A stretch of 64,000 nt of DNA from Octopus vulgaris (taxonomy: Eukaryota). Below are positions 55,880-64,000 of the stretch, piece by piece. Position 1 is the first letter of the stretch. Every line of letters begins with the position of its first letter. The notes below the pieces were generated by a model that was not told the DNA's origin, searched no databases, and saw only the letters and a program-made list of their open reading frames with translations. The position numbers and the translations under genes were made by a program. The stretch is from assembly GCA_951406725.2 (NCBI GenBank), contig OX597818.1, forward strand, positions 24,242,001 to 24,306,000. Direction: 5' to 3'.

Positions 55880-56200
55880 TATGAAATAGACTGGCTATGG
55901 AAAATGAAGAAGGTGAAGATAGTGCCAATTATTGTTGGGGGCCCTTAGGAACAGTATCAGAAGGCATCAAGGGGAATGTAAAGGAAATTGGAATAGAGTG
56001 CCCAGTAGAACTGTTACAAAACGTTTGCCACCTTGGCAGAGCCAGAATAATTAGAAAAGTATTAGATAGCTGAAAAGAGACGGATAGCACAGAACTGTAG
56101 GCTGCAGGTAGCAAGCCTGTTATGCATGCAAGAATCCAGGAGCTCAAAAAAAACTTGTGATAAAGAGAAATAATAATAATTATTATAATTATAATAATTC
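55880..56200 (+). mobile_element. R4/Dong-like non-LTR element 3' end (restriction-like endonuclease C-terminus)
   Basis: EIDWLWKMKKVKIVPIIVG-LGTV...LLQNVCHLGRARIIRKVLDS*, followed by a (TAA)n tail. A second RLE fragment (..IAIPSE..KIKYAELKVEIPRMWG) lies at 56630-56780. Confidence 0.7.
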
Positions 56201-57335
56201 TTTCCACTACAGGCACAAGGCCTGGAATTTTGGGGGAGGGGTGATCTATTACACTGACCCCCAAAGAGAGGCAAAGTTGATTTTACTAAAATTTGAGCTC
56301 AGAATGTAAAATTAAAAAAAATGTTGCTCATCATTTTTCTTAATACACTAACGATTCCACCAGCTCCCTACTTTACATAATTCTTTCTAATTTTACAACA
56401 GGCCAGCAACTTTGAGGGAAGTGGGCAAGATGATTACATCAACCCTAGTACTTGAGTGGTACCTTATTTTTTTGATTCCCATGGAGTGAAAAAGAGAGTT
56501 GACCTCAGCGGAATTTTGAACCAAGAACGTAAAATGCCAGAAGAAATGTTGTTAAGCATTTTGTCTGATACAGTGATAATTCTATCAGCTCACCATCTTA
56601 ATAATAACAACAAATAGAATAATTGCATACTACAGACCTAGTTTTAATAATGACATGGAAAATGAGAATGCCTTATAAGAAACATTGCAATTCCTTCAGA
56701 GAATATCATTGCAGACAAAGCAGTAAAAAAAAGATAAAATATGCTGAATTAAAAGTAGAAATACCAAGAATGTGGGGTTGCTCACCATCAAAAGTGAAAG
56801 ATATATGAGCTATCATCAGAAAATTTGAGTCAATTATGAAAAACACTATCTATCAGAACAGACATAAGTGAGCTCCAAAAATATACCATCCTTGAACAAT
56901 TCATATTCCAAGTGGAAAGAACTTGAAGGAGAGGAAGAAATGGAAAGAAGTAGTGAAGACGAATTTCAAGAGGCCAAGTTTCATGTATGAGATGACAAAG
57001 GGTTATGACAAGTGGCAAAACATTCAAGCATGGAAAAGTAAACATAAAATAATGATGACAATAGCAGTAGTGAGGAAGATCTCTACCCTTATTCTATCTC
57101 TCTCCTATCACATTACCTTTATGTTAAGACCCCCTACAATCACCTTTATTGCAACTTGGCACTCTCTCTCTCTCTCCCATTTTTGCTCCCCTATTGCTCA
57201 TTTCTCTTTCTTTCTTACTTCTCATTTCCAGTACTCTCCCTTCCATTAGTCTGTTAATCATCTATCATTATTTACATCAACAACAACATCAAAAAATACC
57301 ATAGTATTGAGAACCCAGGTTTGAAATTTCCCCAA

Positions 57336-57381
57336 GATACCTGATGAAGGCTGGAGAGTATATCAGCCGAAACGTTGTGTT
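57336..57381 (+). ncRNA. Minimal type I hammerhead ribozyme motif in a PLE-type repeat
   Basis: gatac-CTGATGA-A-ggctg[gagagtatat]cagcc-GAAA-CGTT-gtgtt. Palindromic AACGTT replaces stem III, as in PLE minimal hammerheads. Confidence 0.8.
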
Positions 57382-59422
57382 AACAACAAAGAAGATGAGG
57401 ACAAATATCCATCAAATGTAAATAATGTACATAATTCCTCATCTCTTAAATATAGAACTGAATCATCTATCAGTCTTTCTCTTTCTCTCCCCCACTCCCT
57501 ATACCACTCATGGTGCTTGTATTCAACACAGTGTTGTAGTCTATCATTCTTTTTCTCTCCTATAACTCATTCTTCTATCACTCTCCCACTCTAGTTCTCT
57601 CTCTTTGATCACCTCCTTAGTCATGTAATTTCTATCCAACCCACTTACCAACAACCACCATACAACTGTCTACTACTATCGCTATCACCCACACTCCTAT
57701 TACTCTGGTTCTCTTCTGATACTCTTCCTTCTATTGCTTTCTTGCTTTAACTCTCTTCCCACTGAGTTGAATGAGTAAGAAAGGAATGAAGAAACAGATA
57801 ATACAGAGAATAACAACTCTTTAATCTTGCCAGAGATGCAACAGACTACTGGTGCCAGTGAACAACTACATGGAAATGATGTAATGTAACAAGGACTGTT
57901 TAGTCTTGCTGGGGACAAGACAACCTCCCAAGTGCTGGTCAGTTATTGTTATATTTGTCTTTGGTTACATTAGAATAACCATCTGCTCTGGTACATAAAA
58001 ACCAACAAAGAAGTTGTGAACTGAGATTATCTGCCTGTTTCTTTTTATAGCTGCATTACCTAAATGGATGATAATTGAAATCTAGTTGGGCAATGCTGCT
58101 TCAGTTGTATCAGTGAGTAAATTACAAAACCATTATGATCATAGACCATATAGACAGTCAAGAAGCTCTATAGTCAAAATGTTTAGTTTCAAAAACTCAG
58201 TGTAAAAGACATAGGTTAAATAGAAGGGATTGACCAGATCATGCTTCAATGGATGGCCATACTAAGAGCTTGACTGCATGACTGTAAACATAATGGAATT
58301 TGATAAAGGATTCTGATGTAGAAAAGTGTGAATATATAATGTATAATGCTTTTTGTTTATCGTTTACTGGGTAGCATTAATCACTGCTATGTGATCATTA
58401 GTTAGTATCATTAAAGATAACACTTTTAGGATTGGACAGACTTAGAGTAGACACCTCAAAAAAAGTATTAGAAGTAGTAGTAGTAACAGAAATATATGAG
58501 CAAATGCTACTCATTGGTTGTCCATACATTAAAAAAATTTAAGAAAAAAAGAACTTACACATACTATCATACATACTGCTGTTAATAATATTTTCTTTTT
58601 GATTTTCAAAACACAAGTATTATCTATATATACAAACAACATCATGAATACTTCAATCAAAGATACCTTTAATGATAGCAATTATTGATGTGAGAAAAGT
58701 ACTGTTTCTTTTCTGAAGTAGTTTTAGTCTTTTATTCAAACTGGCTTTGCTAAAAAACCCAGTTTTCTCTTCATTGTTGACTTCCATCTTTTTTTTTTTT
58801 CATTAGTGATACACCTTCCCTTTAAATCTTAATCCTTAGTATTTATCTTAAACTTCAACTTCATATAAGTGAAACAGTACTGTGAACTCCAGAAGTTATT
58901 CACATGATAATTTACAATAATGATAATAATAATACTGGTTTCAAATTCTGGCGCCAGGCCAGCAATTCCAGCAGAGTGGGTAAGTCAATTACATCAACCT
59001 CAGTGCTTAACTTGTACTTATTTTATTGACCCTGAAAGGATGAAAGGCAAAGTCAACCTTGGCAGAATTTGAGCTCAGAATGTCAAGATGGATGAAATGC
59101 CGCTAAGTATTTTATCCAGTACACCAACGATTCCAGTTCACCACCTTTATAATGATATCAGAATTATTATTGTACTAAGCTCTCTTCATTTCTTTTCTTT
59201 CATTTTTCTTTATCATCTGATAGTTATAGTGTCTGAAGACAACTTTTTCAAATAAAATATTCTCTTAATAAAACATATACAACAATACAAGAAAATAATT
59301 TTCTCATTTTTTGTTGAATGATTTAAAAGCATATAATTTAAAAGTAATAATTATTTATAATTATTATTATAATAAATAGATATTTATTTAATGGCAATGG
59401 ATTATTATTATTATTATTATTA

Positions 59423-59459
<37 letters not shown>

Positions 59460-59690
59460 GGTGGTAGAATCATTAACATGATAGACAAAAAGCTTTGCAA
59501 CATTTCTTCTAGCTTTACATTTTGGGTTCAAACTTTGCCTTTCATATTTTTTTGCGGGGGGGGGGGGGGTGCAATGAAATAAATACCAGTTGAATACTAG
59601 GGTCAATGTAATCAGCTAACTCCCTTCCTTTAAAATTTCAGGCCTTTTGCCTATAGTAGAAAGGATAATAATAATAATAATAATAATAAT

Positions 59691-59729
<39 letters not shown>

Positions 59730-59802
59730 TTCCACTCTTTATCAAAATATATGAAGCAGCATTTGAGCAGCAAGTTGACAATTGTTGTTGTTTTTAGTTA
59801 TG

Positions 59803-60027
59803 TTAGCCCTTTAGCATTTAAACTGGCTGCATATGGCCAAAATATACTACCTGTTTTATGTTAAAATAGGCCAGATCTGGCCTCTTACACCTACACTACA
59901 ATGTCATTCTAATACTAAACAATCATATTGAAATACTGAAGCCAATAGATAATGCATTGTTAATTCAAAACAATGTGAGTAAATAAGCATTACATTTGAC
60001 AGAATAATCTGAATGCCTAAAGGTTAA
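59803..60027 (+). mobile_element. piggyBac-type MITE inserted in paralog copy 3 (family copies at 1570-1792 and, inverted, 52573-52800)
   Basis: tta(g)-ccctttagcatt ... aatgcctaaagg-ttaa termini; internal sequence shared with the other two copies. Confidence 0.8.
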
Positions 60028-60291
60028 TGGAAACCAATTCTTACAACAGAATCTTCAGATAAAGCTACAAAAAAACTTACTATTAAATCACAAAACAATG
60101 CACTTATCATACCATCAAGTAGATATCAATGCTGTGTGTCAGCTTATCTTTTACGTATCCAAAATAACAACAGAAAAACAAAACTTGGATGGCAATCCAT
60201 GTGATTATTATCATTCTATATGAGAGCCAAATCCTAATAGACATCATTACAGAAAAACATTTTTAAATATTTAAAAATATTTTTAAATTGT

Positions 60292-60588
60292 GGAGGCGCA
60301 ATGGCCCAGTGACTCGCAGTCGGAGAATTGTGGTTTCGATTCCCAGACTGGGAGTTGTGTGTGTTTATTGAGCGAAAACACCTAAAGCTCCACGAGGCTC
60401 TGGCAGGGGGTGGTGGCGACCCCTGTTGTACTCTTTCGCCCCAACTTTCTCTCACTCTTTCTTCCTGTTTCTTGAGTAATACTGCGATGGACTGGCAACC
60501 AGTCCAGCTCGGGGGAATGCATACACCACGGAAACCGGGCCCATGAGAGCCTGGCTAGGCTTGAAAAGGGCGCATAAATAAAAAAAAA
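60292..60588 (+). mobile_element. tRNA-derived SINE inserted in paralog copy 3
   Basis: ggaggcgcaatggcccagtg...ggtttcgattccc head, A-rich tail, and TSD-like aaaaatatttt(t)aaa at 60273-60287 and 60584-60598. Confidence 0.8.
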
Positions 60589-63074
60589 TATTTTAAAATA
60601 ACTACTGACAATGGAGGATTCCACCTTTCTGCATAGAAATAAATTTACAATACTTCTATGAAAATTTGTTTCTTATTAAGGCTGTAATCTTTCCTTTCCT
60701 CATCAACACTATTTCCACCAATCACCTTTTCTTTGTGTTTTCAGTTATTGCTCTCCTTTCTCACACTCTATTTTAACACCTCACACATCATCTTTCTCTA
60801 GATCCTCTCATATCTGCAATGATGCCCCACTCACTATATTTACCATTATGCCACTATACAATTACCTTCTCATTACTCCTACATCTTGCTCATCAAACCT
60901 TTATCTTATGGTCTATTCTTTCTGAGCTATTTTTATTTCTTCCACTTTACATCTCTCCAACTGCACCACCTTTGTTCATCACTCACTATATTCACCTATA
61001 CCCCATTTCTAACTATCTGTTACTTTCCCTTCAGAATCTTATGAAAGTATTCACTCTCTCTTCCCATCCCATGACCTACTGCTCATATCCTTGTGTTGTA
61101 TAGTGAAAATATACACCCTCTCCAGGTAAAAAGTGGTGGTAGCCAGCCATTATTTAGATGACAGAAGAAAGTTATAAGGTCGAGATGATGTGCAGAATGT
61201 GTTGATAGTCGTGTCTGTGCTGATACAGTAATTATATTGTGATATTGTGTGGTTGTTATAATGATCTAACTTGAGGATAATAACACTGTACAACTGGGGG
61301 TCATACAGTGCCAAATAGAACCATTCTATCAATGACTTCAGAATATAATAATATCTGTCAGAGTGACAACTGTCATCAAAAGACAGATACAACGATGGCA
61401 AAAGGCTGCTTTACAACACCCATTACAACCTTCTTTTTTCTCCTCCTCAGTTACACCCGGCTAACCCCATATAAAGTTGGGTAGCCATGTATTTGCTTTA
61501 CAACAAGACACCTGTGCTTGTTCCATCATACTTTAGCCTTTTGACACCTGGCACAAAGCCATCTCTTGTACAAGCAACAAGTGATTATGACAAAGAAGTG
61601 CAAGGGACATCCAGGTAGTCTGCTCAAACAGCTGTCCTTATTAGTACTTGGTGCTTTTAGATATCAGTGAATGCTTGATATAAAATGGTAACTGACAGCC
61701 ATGAAGACAATCTAGCCATTATTCCTGGTGGGATGACCAAGAGCCACGAGATGCCAGCATAAACAAGCTGTTCAAGCTGCATATTCATGCTGAGTGGAGG
61801 CTGGTAGAGGGGTACAAACCTACCACTCCAACAAGCTACATTCACTGACCAGAGTTCTCTTATGTGTACATAGATACTTGAAGCCTACCTGAGCTACCTT
61901 GAAGCCATTGAGGCAAAAATCTTCCAAAAAGAATACAGTATCACAGACACAGGATAGCAGTAAAGAAATCATATTTTTACTCTGTGGACAGTGACATTAA
62001 AGGTGAGCAAGATATTATCTACATTGACAATGTAGCTGATGATATCATGACATCCATTTTTGACACAGACAGCAATGAAACAAATTTTCCTGGTGAGTGG
62101 CTTGTATTTGAAACATGGCCTATTAAATTTCTAAATGAAAATTGTATATTGAAAGTATAAACCTTATATTTCAATTATATTTGGAAAATTGAAATACCTA
62201 CTTAAAAAAAATTGAAAATAACATGTTTAAATGTGCTTAATGACATTACTTTACATCGTTACTTTATTATTGCTGCATTATTAAAATTAATATGTAATTA
62301 AAACATTTTAAACCTTTCTAGTCTTTCATTACTTACTTCCTGCAAATATAATTTAGTGGGACATAAATTTGTTGACACCATTAATAAAATAGACAGTATT
62401 TGTTTATAGTATGAAATCACACTTCCCTTTGTGTGAATTTTCAGATAAAAACAAACATTCCTACCTCTGTCACTTAATTTTCTGATTACTTTTGTAGCAA
62501 CAATTCATGAGCAAAATTTTACTGCTTCTAGTTGGACATTAATTGATATAATCTCTGATGTAGGCGGCTGTGCATGGTAACCATTACTTATAAGCATGAT
62601 GCAACATGTATCAATATTTGGCCAACAACATGAAATCTACATCCCTAATGCAATCTAGCAAGTGTAATGAAGAGTTAATACCACAATTACAGAAAAATGT
62701 AACAACATTATAGTAATTTAAACGCTTCACAAGACATCATTACACTTGGACAATAGATAAAACTCACTTCCAGTTATGCCTTCTCAAATATACACACACA
62801 TATTTGGCTGAATCAAAAACATTAATATTTAAGTCTTTTGTATAATGTGCACAGGTAATTTTCAAGTTTAAAAGGGCTTTCTCACCAATGTTTAAATCAG
62901 GTTAGACCATGAATCAGTAGAAAAAAAATTTAGCTCTTCTACTGATTATGAAATAGGAGATAACTCTTACAGTCTTTGGGTTAAAAGGGAAGAAGAGTAA
63001 TGGGCAAGAGAAAAATATAATCAACAACTTGATAGATTACAGAATTGTGGGTAGAGGAATACATTGTTGATGGA

Positions 63075-64000
63075 CAGAACATCATAGTACCATCAAAAAT
63101 CTTTACACAAATTAATTAAATGAAGACTGAATATGTACTTAGACAAATGAAATGGAAGGCATGTATCATCAGCAGATATCTTATCTTTTACATGTTTCAG
63201 TCATTAGATTGCAGCCATGTTAGGGCCCCATTTTGCAAATGTTTACAGCACCAAGGTTTCTCAAGTGGTCACCTATCTAAGTACTAGCTAAGCTTGATGT
63301 TACTAAACTTAGGTGACCAGATGAGAACTGGTATTTTCAACGTGATATGAATAAGTTCTGTTTCAAAACCATCAAAAGAACCATGGTGAGATCTGAATAA
63401 GATTCAATATCATAAAAAGAAATGGATGAATAGAACATCAAAACTAGAGAAATCTGTAGTTCAATGCTATTAAAACCCATGACAGCATTGCTACATTTCT
63501 ATTCAATTAATTTCATAAATAACCTAATACTTATGTTTATGGAGTCAAGTATATTTTTGCTATGCCTAATTCTTTTCATTTTATTATTAGGGGTTCTCTA
63601 TAAGGTTATCTTTGTGGTCTTTCAGCATTATGTATGGTTTATATTGATTAAAGTGTTCTACACAGTCTTGTATTTCTAATTGTGTGAAATTCACTAATCA
63701 TATCAAATTTCTAAAATGAGTTAAGAGGGGATTTATTATTCCTCCAGAATTCTAATAATCTATTTATGCAGGCTGATAAGACTAAAAAATTGTATGAACT
63801 TGATGCAAATGCATATAGCACACATGAATACATATAAAGTCCACTGCAGGTCCAATACCCAGAGTACAATAAATGATAAGGTAAAAACATTAGCTACACA
63901 ATTAGAAATAGAAGACTGCGATAGAACATCTTAATCAATATAAACCAAACATAATGCTGAAGGACAACAAAGACAACTTTAAAGAGAATCCCCAGTAATC
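63075..64000 (+). mobile_element. Second Penelope-like element remnant (runs off the window end)
   Basis: Fragments ..VLRQMKWKA (~63130-63162), FMQADKTKKLYELD (~63763-63804) and LKDNKDNFKENP (~63957-63992) parallel the PLE at 6.6-8.1 kb. Confidence 0.7.
63241..63349 (-). pseudogene. Degenerate 5S rRNA-derived sequence
   Basis: Plus strand tacagcacc...gtggtcacctatctaagtactagc...gatgagaactgg...tcaacgtgatatg aligns along its length with the reverse complement of metazoan 5S rRNA, with many substitutions. Confidence 0.8.

Larger units (their letters stand above)
59738..60690 (+). pseudogene. NKY-2-like paralog copy 3, disrupted by MITE and SINE insertions
   Basis: ATG 59751 gives MKQHLSSKLTIVVVFSYV. 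After the MITE, 60037-60204 reads ILTTESSDK...QNNALIIPSSRYQCCVSAYLLRIQ (~RDNALMAPPSGYQGRMPSYYIRTQ). 3'UTR homology resumes after the SINE (taactactgacaatgga; aataaatttacaatac). Confidence 0.85.

Noticed and set aside
61140-61940. Slightly GC-richer stretches with short ORFs (also 21141-21440, 23240-23680, 51338-51700)
   Set aside because: No recognisable motif or convincing splice structure; probably decayed TE fragments that I cannot assign.
63241-63349. Functional 5S rRNA gene
   Set aside because: Many substitutions, missing 5' nucleotides, no oligo-T terminator, and a single copy embedded in a TE.

Overview
AT-rich, repeat-dense eukaryotic DNA. The SINE families, dense microsatellites and neuropeptide sequence point to a coleoid cephalopod, probably Octopus (inference). 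Almost all ORFs in the track are repeat or microsatellite noise. The one intact host gene is a two-exon neuropeptide precursor: TATA/non-coding exon 1 at ~16.46 kb and CDS 24016-24354, encoding a signal peptide plus KR-EPNWIWMPSHGYVPVP...ILRY-G, which resembles lophotrochozoan NKY-2 / RYamide precursors. It is the surviving member of a tandem cluster not evident from the ORF track. A second copy (50.1-52.2 kb) keeps its promoter, splice sites and signal peptide but stops early. A third copy (59.7-60.7 kb) is broken by a piggyBac-type MITE and a SINE. Flanking homology indicates an old ~34-35 kb tandem segmental duplication. Other notable items are two minimal hammerhead ribozyme motifs (29.75 and 57.34 kb), two Penelope-like RT remnants, a 5S rRNA-headed SINE-like chimera, a SINE sharing its 3' tail with a Tx1-like LINE, several long fold-back hairpins, a Helentron-type HINE, and Tc1/mariner, RTE, CR1-like and R4/Dong remnants.
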